64,000 nt of DNA, from assembly GCA_005768725.1 (NCBI GenBank), contig VAFM01000002.1, positions 438,512 to 502,511 of the forward strand, written 5' to 3'. A program made the position numbers and the translations under genes. Positions 16,601 to 24,448 of this stretch are shown here, one piece after another. Source of the stretch: Blastochloris viridis (GTDB lineage: Bacteria > Pseudomonadota > Alphaproteobacteria > UBA2136 > UBA6156). The notes below the pieces were generated by a model that was not told where the DNA came from, did no database searches, and worked only from the letters and a program-made list of their open reading frames with translations. The stretch's first letter is position 1. Every line of letters starts with the position of its first letter.

Positions 16601-19428
16601 CTGCCGACCAGGTCACGGCTCTCGGTTACAATGCCGTCAGCGCCGTCAGCAATACGTTCAGCAATATCACCGGCTTGGGTTACGACGCCCAGCCGACCAA
16701 ATCCAACCAGATCATGCTGGGTAATACGCTGATCGACGAAGTCTTCAGCTACGGTGCCGGTGTCTTCGGTAAGTACATCCGCCCGGGCGGCCAGACCACG
16801 GCCCTGATGACCTCCGCTACCCTTGCTGGTGCCGGTGCCATTATGTACGACACCACCCTGAACTCGCTGCGCTACTCCGACGGTACCCAGTGGAACACGC
16901 TGGTAGGCCAGACAGGTTCCAGCGCGATGAATGCCGACCGCATTATCTCCGGCACCACCGCCGTGGTCGCCAATACCAACGCCAATACCGTCAGCGTAAC
17001 CACCGGCGGAACGACCACTTCGTACTTCCATTCCACAATTGGTCTGGTCGCACCGGGTGTATCTGCCACGGGTACGGTTTCGTCGGGAAATGTGAATACA
17101 GGCCTGGTCGTTCTGCGCGGTGTCGCGGGCGGCGCCGGTATTAGCCTCACAGCCCCGGGCGACAACCTCGGCAACCACACCGCCACACAAGACCTCGACA
17201 TGGCGGGCAACAACATTATCAACGCCAACACTATCAGTGCGACCAGCTTTACGGGTGACGGTTCCGGCCTCACCAACATCAACGCCGCGAACATCACGGG
17301 CCTCACCGCCGACCGCATCACCTCCGGCACCACGCAGGTAATAGCCAACCAAAACACCTCCCTCACCCTCGCCACAGCGGGCGTAGAGCGCATGGTCATC
17401 GGCACTGATGGCCGCGTCGGTATTGGTCAGCAACCGGCTACAGGCCGCGCACTCTCGGTATCCGGCAGCGTTGCCGTTGCCACAGGCTATGGCGCGTTGA
17501 ATAGCGGCCTCGCCATCGGTGGTCTCGGAGATTCCCCGAACATGGGTTCTATCGCATGGGGCGATAACAGCGGCTGGAAACTAAATTTCGGAACGGGGAT
17601 TGCGGGAGTATTTACGCCACGTGTCACCTTTATGGATACCGGCAACGTCGGTATCGGTACCACCAACCCGACGAGCAATCTTCATTTAAGCGGATCCAAC
17701 ACATTTATTGTCGGAATGATAGAGAATACAAACAATGTTGGTGCCGCTGAATTAGGACTAAAACGAGGTAATGTGGGCTGGTGGTGGTCTAACCGTCAAA
17801 CAGGGCTTGAGCTCGTTAATACTCAAGATGGCGGCACCACTTACCAAATTCCCATAGCTTTCGCTAACAACGGAAATGTCGGTATCGGTACATCAAACTT
17901 CAGCGCAATGGCACAGTTGGTTGTATCAACCACCACCAACCAATTCAGCGATGGTATCATTTCGTACGCAAACGATAAGTCCAACGGAGAATCGCAATTC
18001 ACCGCACTCGGTACAACCGGAAGCCTGCGACTGGCGGCTCAAAGCCATCCTGGCTCTTTCAATCCATTGGTTCAACAAGACGATGCCCGCATAACCTTTA
18101 ATGGAGGACTCAACACCGGCGGTTTGGTCATTGCCCCTTGGACTCCATCAACAAACGGCTTGCGTATGGATAACTTTGGTAAAATCGGTCTCGGCAAGGT
18201 AACGCCTACCACCACGCTAGATATCGCCGGCTCCGTCCGCCTCGCGGCTGAAACCAGCAGCACGCTGAACATCTGCGATGCTAACCGCACCGGTGCCATC
18301 AAGTTCGAATCCAACCAATTCCAGATCTGCCGTAACCCGGTAAGCGGATGGGAGACCCTCATTGCCGGCGCAGGCGGTTCGGTCGCCACCGACCGCATCA
18401 CCTCCGGCACCACCGGCATGTACACCTATAACAATACTTCGGCCACTATCGCCACGGCGGGTGTCGAGCGTGTGATTGTGGGCAGCAACGGCCGCGTCGG
18501 TATTGGCCAGCAGCCGGGTACCGAGGCCCTCTCCGTCTCGTCCACCCTGCGTGTGGGAGACGTCATCGTCGGCAACGAGAACGCCACCTCCAACCGCATG
18601 GAGATCGGTTACAACATTTCCACCAACAAGAGCGCCTATATCGACCTCATCGGCGATACCACCTACTCCGACTACGGCCTGCGCCTCTGGCGCACCGGCG
18701 GCGGCGCCAATGCCGACTCCTACCTGATGCACCGCGGTACGGGTACCCTCCACTTTACGGCTGAAGAAGCTGCCCCGATGCTCTTTAAAACCACCAATAC
18801 CGAGCGCCTACGCATCACCCCGGCAGGTCTGGTAGGTATCGGCACCTCCGCCCCCAGCAACAATCTGGAAGTGCTGAGCAATATTCAGGTCGCCACCGAC
18901 CCGTCCGCCAGCAGTCAGGCACAGATCAAGTTCGTCACGCAAGCCGCCTCGGGCCTCACCGGTAACGTCGGTGTCGGCGCTACCAAGGGCTGGACCATGT
19001 ACGCCCGCAACAGCATCTACGGCACGGCGCACGAGCAGAATGACCTCGGCTTCGCCTACTACGACGGCAGCACCTGGAAGACCCCGCTCTTTATCGACAG
19101 TCAACTCGGCTACATCGGCATGGGTGGCATCTCCAGCCCCACCGTGCAGCTCGATATCTCGGGTACCGTGGCCGGTAACATGCTGGTACTCAAAAACGTC
19201 TCGGGCAGTGCAGGTATCAGCCTCACCAGCGCGGGCGACAACCTCGGTAACCACACCGCCACGCAAAACCTCGACATGGCCGGTTTCAGCATCGTCAACG
19301 CCAGCAATATCACCGCCACCGGTAGCGTGCAGGCCGGTAATGCCGACACCGTCTGCTCCAGCACGGCCGACTACGGGAAGATGCGCTTCAACCCGGCAAC
19401 TAAAAAGATGTTCATGTGCCGTCCGTAA
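13624..19428 (+). CDS. Giant secreted fibre/adhesin-like repeat protein (1,934 aa)
   Basis: Signal peptide MRAPSLTFRLIALLGVAAAWVAPAHAQ. Reiterated GNVGIGTTTPxxxLxVxG and DRITSGT blocks. A run of YadA-head/Hep_Hag-like N-S-G repeats. DNLGNHTATQ[DN]LDMAG and SFTGDGSGLTNI are tail-fibre-like motifs. Five Cys-bracketed modules, the last one at the extreme C-terminus. Confidence 0.85.
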   Translation: MRAPSLTFRLIALLGVAAAWVAPAHAQWTDIATISSTLGNNASRLCVGGGKTDLGCPVSAPYLDMATGNLSIGTTSPTTYKLNVAGGASYLQGGVLVGNVANGVNSARITSGLDSATYISFHWGQPDMTFYTNNARRMTIASGNLGAEYAGRVGIGNMTYPSATLHVSGTIRMASGGEACDVNRTGAIRYQGGMFQICQSPAIGWEALATTGENSAVDRITSSSMAGVTANATGYISLTTGGVTGTAYFTPASVLVNAGVSATNTVSASGGYFGSMRIGQTGAFTNAISPFQSYADIVGNYTGIGGVEMRNQSNGPNAEFRFMVSDERGGAGTQLAFTMPSSNNTSNLFGIPRNLLATIFVNATNDAQSRALAIGTLKSNPVIFAANNAERMRIAPNGNVGIGTTTPSSTLHVIGDIRGSNDIYMPYGNSLRAGSFNYTTVLQTGWNGWADYTALFTPGNDASNALPRMVLLSNGNVGIGTTTPTTALQISGTLRVAYDNATCDADHLGAIKYQSGQFQICRNGSTWEYLVAGTNATVDTDRITSGTASVITSGASNTIQLRTFSTPRMTVTSNGFVGIGETLPSGFLHISGASLGTAVNDVVRLQRLQTLNNSLSRLDFLSLRHTAGNSASEASSRIQQMTDATYQGYMEFNGLNNTNGLAFGTGSALSNYAGVPERMRITADGNVGIGSSSPTTKLDVAGTLKVAAGGEACDANRTGAIKYQSGQFQICRNGTSWETLIAGNSGTVDADRITSGTTSMITYNNDKATIATAGVERVVVGATGSVGIAQQPAVGVALAVSGNTSVSGRLGVITPGTNNVFVGNFAGANATGTENTGFGQGALQGVSGQNNTAVGRYTAQNNSGNDSSFFGSGSGLTNAGNSVTGVGLNSLQNNSASYVVGVGTNAGQSNRATGTNSVFVGNDSGQFNSGASTAAIGAAAAQRNSGDNLSAIGVNAGQWNSGANVVAAGFNAAQFNAGNYVTAVGQLAANKNTADQVTALGYNAVSAVSNTFSNITGLGYDAQPTKSNQIMLGNTLIDEVFSYGAGVFGKYIRPGGQTTALMTSATLAGAGAIMYDTTLNSLRYSDGTQWNTLVGQTGSSAMNADRIISGTTAVVANTNANTVSVTTGGTTTSYFHSTIGLVAPGVSATGTVSSGNVNTGLVVLRGVAGGAGISLTAPGDNLGNHTATQDLDMAGNNIINANTISATSFTGDGSGLTNINAANITGLTADRITSGTTQVIANQNTSLTLATAGVERMVIGTDGRVGIGQQPATGRALSVSGSVAVATGYGALNSGLAIGGLGDSPNMGSIAWGDNSGWKLNFGTGIAGVFTPRVTFMDTGNVGIGTTNPTSNLHLSGSNTFIVGMIENTNNVGAAELGLKRGNVGWWWSNRQTGLELVNTQDGGTTYQIPIAFANNGNVGIGTSNFSAMAQLVVSTTTNQFSDGIISYANDKSNGESQFTALGTTGSLRLAAQSHPGSFNPLVQQDDARITFNGGLNTGGLVIAPWTPSTNGLRMDNFGKIGLGKVTPTTTLDIAGSVRLAAETSSTLNICDANRTGAIKFESNQFQICRNPVSGWETLIAGAGGSVATDRITSGTTGMYTYNNTSATIATAGVERVIVGSNGRVGIGQQPGTEALSVSSTLRVGDVIVGNENATSNRMEIGYNISTNKSAYIDLIGDTTYSDYGLRLWRTGGGANADSYLMHRGTGTLHFTAEEAAPMLFKTTNTERLRITPAGLVGIGTSAPSNNLEVLSNIQVATDPSASSQAQIKFVTQAASGLTGNVGVGATKGWTMYARNSIYGTAHEQNDLGFAYYDGSTWKTPLFIDSQLGYIGMGGISSPTVQLDISGTVAGNMLVLKNVSGSAGISLTSAGDNLGNHTATQNLDMAGFSIVNASNITATGSVQAGNADTVCSSTADYGKMRFNPATKKMFMCRP
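14100..18500 (+). repeat. Intragenic tandem duplications inside the giant gene
   Basis: 15130-15195 and 15760-15825 are almost identical at DNA level (tgtgatgcc..ggtgccatcaagtaccagtccgg.cagttccagatctgccgcaacggc). GACCGCATCACCTCCGGCACC recurs near 15244, 15874, 17314 and 18394. Confidence 0.8.
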
Positions 19429-20816
19429 TCCGCCATCTCGTCCTCGTTGCGGGGCTGGTTCTGGCCAGCCCCGTGGCCGTCTGGGCTGCATGTACCTCTC
19501 CGGCGGGCAATGCGGGCGCGGTCATTTTCAGCACCACGGCTAAAACCATGCAATACTGCAATGGCACCAACTGGGTGAACACCGGCGCCTCCGTCCCGGC
19601 CGCCACGCAATCCGGCTGTACCAATCCCACCGGCGCGCCGGGCGCGGTCATCTATGCCAAACCCCGCGGTGTCGTGCAGTTCTGTAACGGACAAGACTGG
19701 GTCGATACCTCCTGCGCCGCCGACCGTTCTCCCAACGGCTCGGGCTGCGGCGGCAAGGCCCCTGGCACCATCCAGTACAGCAGTACCGCGAATGAGCTCC
19801 AGTTCTGCGACAGCACCAACTGGGTCGCCATGGGCTGGGGCTGCGCCGGGAGTAGCGGCGGGAGCAGTGGCGGTAGCTGCGGCAGCGGAGATCTGGGCTG
19901 GACGAATATCGCAGGGGCCGGTAACCACCAATGGTCTCAAATCTTCGTGACGGCCGATGGCAGCAAGATCTACGCATTGGCCACCGACGGCCTCTACCGC
20001 AGTACCGACAGTGGCGCAACATGGAGCGGGCCGATAGCGACCGGCGGCCAGACATTCAATTCTTTAACGGGCAACAGCGACGGCAGCATTCTCTACGCCA
20101 TAAACGACAGTAACAAACTGTACAAAAGCACCAACAACGGCACAAGTTGGAGTCTCATGACCACCAGCCACGACGTAAGTACAGTCTCGATCAATACCAC
20201 AGGTTCACTGATATGGATTTTTGATTCTTCCAATTACATCCTCAGTTACAGTAGTAACGGAGGTGCGTCATGGACCACCGTTACAAAACCAGACCCGGGA
20301 GCCAGTCGGGTTTACACAAGCGTAAGTATATCCGCCGACGGTTCCAACGCCTATGTCGCCGTACTCAACCTGATGACCTCTGGTTCCAAACTCTTCCGCA
20401 GCACCGACTCGGGCGCATCCTGGACTGAAATCTATTCAGTTCCAAACGCATACATATACTTATCTCCTATATCATCCAACGGCAGCATTATTTCAATGCA
20501 AGTTATAGGCCTTTCAGGTTCAGGCAGCACAACCATGTTAAGTACCAACAGTGGTACATCATGGGCCAGTTCGGGTTTGCCACAAGACATCATTATATTC
20601 TCCATGTCAGCCGATGGCACAAAGATGATTGCAGGCCCCTTGGAAGCAGATGTGCTCATACGTCCGCGCATGAGCGTAAACTCCGGTGCCACTTGGACAG
20701 AGCAGACCAGCTTGAACACAACGATGTATGTGGGGGCTATTTCCGCGCAAGGAAACAAGTTTGTGATTTCCGAAGTTGGCGCCAGCACTCCATTGCAAAC
20801 CAGTAGCTGCCCATAA
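19416..20816 (+). CDS. Secreted protein: triple Cys-module N-terminal cassette plus BNR/Asp-box beta-propeller-like domain
   Basis: The GTG start overlaps the end of the giant gene. Signal peptide, then 3 modules (ACTSPAGNAGAVIFSTTAKTMQYCNGTNW, GCTNPTGAPGAVIYAKPRGVVQFCNGQDW, GCGGKAPGTIQYSSTANELQFCDSTNW). Six Asp-boxes (STDSGATWS, STNNGTSWS, SSNGGASWT, STDSGASWT, STNSGTSWA, SVNSGATWT). Confidence 0.85.
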   Translation: MPSVIRHLVLVAGLVLASPVAVWAACTSPAGNAGAVIFSTTAKTMQYCNGTNWVNTGASVPAATQSGCTNPTGAPGAVIYAKPRGVVQFCNGQDWVDTSCAADRSPNGSGCGGKAPGTIQYSSTANELQFCDSTNWVAMGWGCAGSSGGSSGGSCGSGDLGWTNIAGAGNHQWSQIFVTADGSKIYALATDGLYRSTDSGATWSGPIATGGQTFNSLTGNSDGSILYAINDSNKLYKSTNNGTSWSLMTTSHDVSTVSINTTGSLIWIFDSSNYILSYSSNGGASWTTVTKPDPGASRVYTSVSISADGSNAYVAVLNLMTSGSKLFRSTDSGASWTEIYSVPNAYIYLSPISSNGSIISMQVIGLSGSGSTTMLSTNSGTSWASSGLPQDIIIFSMSADGTKMIAGPLEADVLIRPRMSVNSGATWTEQTSLNTTMYVGAISAQGNKFVISEVGASTPLQTSSCP

Positions 20817-20827
20817 CAGAACACGCT

Positions 20828-21598
20828 ATGTCTATGCGCTTCACCCTCACCCTCCTCGCGGTTTTCCTCCTGCCCCTGGCAGCCCATGCTGCCTGTACCT
20901 CTCCCGCGGGCAATGCCGGAGAAGTGGTGTTCAGCACCACCGCCAAGACCATGCAGTACTGCAATGGTACCAACTGGGTGAACACCGGTGCCTCCAATCC
21001 CGCCGCCACGCAAAGCGGCTGCACCAGCCCCACCGGCCCTGCCGGTGCCGTGGTGTACAACGGCAGCCTCGGTGTCATTCAATTCTGTAACGGCCAGAAC
21101 TGGGTCAATACCGCCTGTGCATCCAACCGCACACCGGGCGGCTCCGGCTGCGGCGGCAAGCCCGCAGGCGCCATCCAATACGTTGGCGGATCCGTCAACG
21201 AACTCCAGTTCTGCGACAGCACCAACTGGGTCACCATGGGCTGGGGCTGCAGCGGTAGCGGTGGCTCTTCTACCCCCGCCGACACCACCCCCCCTGTCTG
21301 GCAAACCGCCGCCACGCTCCCTGAAACCGAAGCCGGTTCAGGGGTTCCCTACTCGGTCACCTTTACCGCGACAGACGCCGTCTCCAGCGTCACCTACTCG
21401 CAGGATGCCCCCATGTCCCCCGCGGTGCCCCCGGGCATGGCCTTCAACTTAGCAAGCCGCACTCTCAGCGGTACCCCCAACTATGGAACCGAAGGTACCT
21501 ACACACTTATCCTCACGGCGACAGATGCCTCTGGAAATGCGATAACCCGTACTTTTACACTCAAGATCAACCCGAACTCGGCACCCGGACCAGAATAA
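20828..21598 (+). CDS. Secreted protein: triple Cys-module N-terminal cassette plus putative Ig (He_PIG/cadherin-like) domain
   Basis: Signal peptide MSMRFTLTLLAVFLLPLAAHA followed by the same 3 modules. The C-terminal LSGTPNYGTEGTYTLILTATDASGNAITRTFTLKI is typical of the putative Ig domain. Confidence 0.85.
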   Translation: MSMRFTLTLLAVFLLPLAAHAACTSPAGNAGEVVFSTTAKTMQYCNGTNWVNTGASNPAATQSGCTSPTGPAGAVVYNGSLGVIQFCNGQNWVNTACASNRTPGGSGCGGKPAGAIQYVGGSVNELQFCDSTNWVTMGWGCSGSGGSSTPADTTPPVWQTAATLPETEAGSGVPYSVTFTATDAVSSVTYSQDAPMSPAVPPGMAFNLASRTLSGTPNYGTEGTYTLILTATDASGNAITRTFTLKINPNSAPGPE

Positions 21599-21613
21599 AC
21601 AACCGGATCATAT

Positions 21614-21642
21614 CAAAAAAACCGCCCCAAGGGCGGTTTTTC
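21614..21642. terminator. Bidirectional rho-independent terminator
   Basis: AAAAAAACCGCCC-CAA-GGGCGGTTTTT lies between convergent genes. Confidence 0.8.
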
Positions 21643-21653
21643 ACATGCCAGCC

Positions 21654-22067
21654 TTAATTAGCGCGCACAAAGCTGTACACCACATTCCCCATCGGGCTGA
21701 CCATGCAGTGGAAGCGCACGCTGCGCCATTCACCCATACTGCCAGCCGGGCGGCCGTACCATACGCCGTCGCCGTCATACACGGCACCTACGTCCTGGCT
21801 GCCCACCTTGTTCATCGGGCTGGCCAGTACCAAGCCTGCACGGTTGAACTGCAGGGCACGGAAGGTATCGCCAAACGCCTGACGCTGGCCGCGGGCGGCG
21901 TGCTCGGCGCAGGCTTGCAGCACGGGGGTGGCAGGGGCATCGGTCACGGTCGGCACGGCAATGTACTGTACCGGCTGGGCACACCCACCGATCAGCATGG
22001 CCAGCAGACCAAGCGCAACCATCACAAGCAAGCTCTTCCAGCTTTGCAGACTCTGTACTCCAGCCAT
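21654..22067 (-). CDS. Hypothetical lipoprotein
   Basis: Lipobox LLAMLIGGCAQP. SD GGGAGG upstream of the ATG at 22067. Confidence 0.65.
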   Translation of the reverse strand: MAGVQSLQSWKSLLVMVALGLLAMLIGGCAQPVQYIAVPTVTDAPATPVLQACAEHAARGQRQAFGDTFRALQFNRAGLVLASPMNKVGSQDVGAVYDGDGVWYGRPAGSMGEWRSVRFHCMVSPMGNVVYSFVRAN

Positions 22068-22192
22068 CTCCGGCCTCCCTCTCTAGGGTCAGACGCCGTA
22101 CCGGCCCCTGACGGTTAAATTGAATACAGTATGCATATAAACCCATTTCACCAAAATGCAACCCTAAAAACAAAGAGGGTTGCTACCCCCTT

Positions 22193-22330
22193 CCGCCGCC
22201 TTTAGGCGGCGTTGCCCCTGCGCACGCGATGACAAACGGCCATCCTGATTCTTTTTCGTGGGGCGCGGTGTACAGGAAAAGAGTACATAAGCCACACGAA
22301 AAAGGATTAGGGGGCCGTTTTAATCCGTGC
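22193..22330 (+). repeat. Nested-hairpin intergenic repeat, copy B
   Basis: GCCGCCTTTAGGCGGC hairpin, GTTGCCCCTGCGCACG, stem CTTTTTCGTG/CACGAAAAAG, apex GTGTAC-AGGAAAAGA-GTACAT, closing AGGGGGC. Its 3' end overlaps the cmk stop. Confidence 0.8.
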
Positions 22331-23035
22331 CTCTATCACCCGCACCGCCTCAGCCAAAACTTCTGCCTGATTCAGCGACGTCCCATCAATCACCACCGCA
22401 TCCTCACACACCAGCGTATTGTCGCGGTCACGCGCATCACGCGCTGCCACCTGCTCGATCACCTGCTCCAGCGGGGTGGTATCGCCTTTGGCCGACGTCT
22501 CCAGCCAGCGCCGACGCCCGCGCTCGGCCACATCGGCGGTCAGAAACAGCTTCACTTCAGCCTGCGGACAGATCCGTGCCCCGCAGTCACGGCCATCTAA
22601 AATCACACCCACCAGCGGCTTCCAGTGGTTGGCGTAGTTCACCTGAAATTCCTTCAGCGCCGCGCGCACAGCCGGCTGAATCGCCACCACACTGGCAATT
22701 TGCCCCACTTCCAGGGTACGGATCTCTTCGGTCACTTCGACCCCGTCCACCCACACGCCGAACACATTGTCGCCCTTGTGGCGGAAATCAAAGTTCAGGC
22801 TCTTGGCTGCGGCTTCGGCCACCGCCGGATCAGCCGGGTCCTGACCCTTTTTGAGAATAGAGATCGCCACGGCACGGTACACGGCCCCGGTATCCAGAAA
22901 CTTGAGGCGATATTTACGCGCCAATGCCTTGGCCACGGTACCTTTGCCGCTACTAGTGGGGCCGTCCACCGTAATCGCAAAACCGGCCAGCGGGTTGCGG
23001 GCGGTATCGGCGGGGTAAATCTCGTTAGTAACCAT
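22307..23035 (-). CDS. cmk: Cytidylate kinase
   Basis: ITVDGPTSSGKGTVAKALARKYRLKFLDTGAVYRAVA (P-loop plus cmk context). I chose the ATG at 23035 (MVTNEIY). Confidence 0.9.
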   Translation of the reverse strand: MVTNEIYPADTARNPLAGFAITVDGPTSSGKGTVAKALARKYRLKFLDTGAVYRAVAISILKKGQDPADPAVAEAAAKSLNFDFRHKGDNVFGVWVDGVEVTEEIRTLEVGQIASVVAIQPAVRAALKEFQVNYANHWKPLVGVILDGRDCGARICPQAEVKLFLTADVAERGRRRWLETSAKGDTTPLEQVIEQVAARDARDRDNTLVCEDAVVIDGTSLNQAEVLAEAVRVIEARIKTAP

Positions 23036-23648
23036 GGTCGTCCTTTCGCATCGGATCCGGCGCACGCGCGACCGGATCATCACTCTGCGGTTTGCTGTAA
23101 TCCATCCGCTCATGCACGGCAAGGCTGCCTTTGCCCTTGGCCGAGCTCAGCCAGATGTAGCCGCCAAAGTTCAGCAGCGTCCACAGCCACCCGAACGGCA
23201 TGATGCCATCCCCGATGAACGCCGCGATCAGCGCATCCACCACCGAAATATTGAACACGATCGCCCAGCCCAACTCCTGCCGGCCGGTATAGCCCATGTC
23301 ACGCAGGCGCATCCGGCACAGCGGGAACAGCGCCAGCAGCAGCACATTGTTCAGCACCGCCATCCACGCGATGCCATTCGGCCCACCACTGCCGCCGTTT
23401 AAGGTATTCATGGCGTTCTGGGCGCTCTCCAGCGCGGCAGAGGCATCACCCCCCGCACTCACGCCCTTCAAAGCGCCCACCACGTCCAACATAGGCCCGA
23501 TGAACCCGCCTGCCCCTTCGGCCATGGTAAACACCGCCAGCAGGCTGGGCACACTCACAATAAGTAACGCTAAACCGAACCCCTTGCGATCGATGCGGCG
23601 CCACGACGCCAGATACCAATGGAGAAAATCTTCGAGAAAGTCCGGCAT
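23025..23648 (-). CDS. Inner-membrane protein, DUF805-like
   Basis: Multi-TM protein. MRLRDMGYTG resembles the RRLHDxGxSG block of DUF805. It overlaps the cmk start by 11 nt. Confidence 0.6.
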   Translation of the reverse strand: MPDFLEDFLHWYLASWRRIDRKGFGLALLIVSVPSLLAVFTMAEGAGGFIGPMLDVVGALKGVSAGGDASAALESAQNAMNTLNGGSGGPNGIAWMAVLNNVLLLALFPLCRMRLRDMGYTGRQELGWAIVFNISVVDALIAAFIGDGIMPFGWLWTLLNFGGYIWLSSAKGKGSLAVHERMDYSKPQSDDPVARAPDPMRKDDHGY

Positions 23649-23651
23649 AAT

Positions 23652-24077
23652 CTAGTTAAGAGCTCCCTTCGGACCACCCAAGTTCGGGAGTCCAGGGGCA
23701 AGTGTAACCTCTTCCACCGCGGTATCCAATAAAATCCGCGAGGTGGTGGCTTCGGCCAGCGCGGCCAATAAAATGCAGTCGTTCACAAACACATCGCAGC
23801 GGCGCTGCAGGCGCGGGGTCATCAGTTCACCCTCGGTAGGGAACGGGCTTTCTGCCGTCGCTTCGCGGATGCTCATTCCCATGCGCTGACGCTCGTCGGC
23901 GGGCATGCGCACAAAGTCGCTCACCAGCTTCAGCCATTCGGTACGGGGCAGGCCCAGCGCCAGTTCCTGGCCGGGCACGTTCAGGCGCACACGCACCGTC
24001 AGCATGTCGTCCATGCGCAACCCGGCAAAGGGGGCAAGATCATCGGCAACAGGCAGGGCGGCGGTACGGGAACTCAT
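23652..24077 (-). CDS. Hypothetical protein
   Basis: ORF in an operon position 3 nt upstream of the DUF805-like gene. I chose the ATG at 24077 (the track start at 24086 is TTG). No recognisable family. Confidence 0.5.
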   Translation of the reverse strand: MSSRTAALPVADDLAPFAGLRMDDMLTVRVRLNVPGQELALGLPRTEWLKLVSDFVRMPADERQRMGMSIREATAESPFPTEGELMTPRLQRRCDVFVNDCILLAALAEATTSRILLDTAVEEVTLAPGLPNLGGPKGALN

Positions 24078-24260
24078 GGTGGCCAACTTACGCCACCCCC
24101 CTCGCCCTTACCAATACCCCCTGCCCGCAGTCTCATCAGCGTGGGGCAGGCTAATGCCATACAAAGCATCAATTGGCGGATTTCCGCCAACCCCCCTGTG
24201 TCACCGCGGCCTCACTCCCGCCTTTCCTCTCCTCATGCCACGCTTTTTCACACCAGAGTA

Positions 24261-24289
24261 TTGACAAACCCGCGCACAAACCGTAATCA
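24261..24289 (+). promoter_or_regulatory. Sigma70-type promoter candidate for tRNA-Ala
   Basis: TTGACA-N17-TAATCA, about 38 nt upstream of the tRNA 5' end. Confidence 0.4.
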
Positions 24290-24327
24290 GCACACCAGCC
24301 GAAGCCCACAAGGTTTCAGCAGCCTTC

Positions 24328-24403
<76 letters not shown>

Positions 24404-24410
24404 AGTTTCA

Positions 24411-24436
24411 AAGCCTCCCATACGGGAGGCTTTTTC
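24411..24436 (+). terminator. Rho-independent terminator after tRNA-Ala
   Basis: AAGCCTCCC-ATAC-GGGAGGCTTTTT. Confidence 0.75.
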
Positions 24437-24448
24437 ATCGCGTGAGGT

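Noticed and set aside
13624-19428. Repetitive DNA considered as a CRISPR array or other non-coding tandem repeat
   Set aside because: The repeats are long, imperfect, in one continuous open reading frame and encode coherent protein modules. There is no repeat-spacer periodicity and there are no cas genes.
14386-19491. Several 150-340-aa minus-strand ORFs (14386-15303, 15526-15996, 16408-17433, 18217-18753, 18808-19491)
   Set aside because: All are antisense to the giant fibre gene and have Gly/Ala/Asp/Val-rich shadow composition. The plus frame has a signal peptide and coherent repeat logic.
13400-21650. Prophage or tailocin remnant, suggested by tail-fibre-like motifs
   Set aside because: No capsid, tail tube/sheath, baseplate, terminase, integrase or lysis genes lie in or around the locus. 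The proteins carry Sec signal peptides, which fits cell-surface proteins rather than virion parts.
22229-22600. 123-aa plus-strand ORF, and similarly 60251-60433 on the minus strand
   Set aside because: They start inside hairpin-repeat copies B and C and run antisense into cmk or across the wecB terminator. The repeat copies do not conserve any reading frame.
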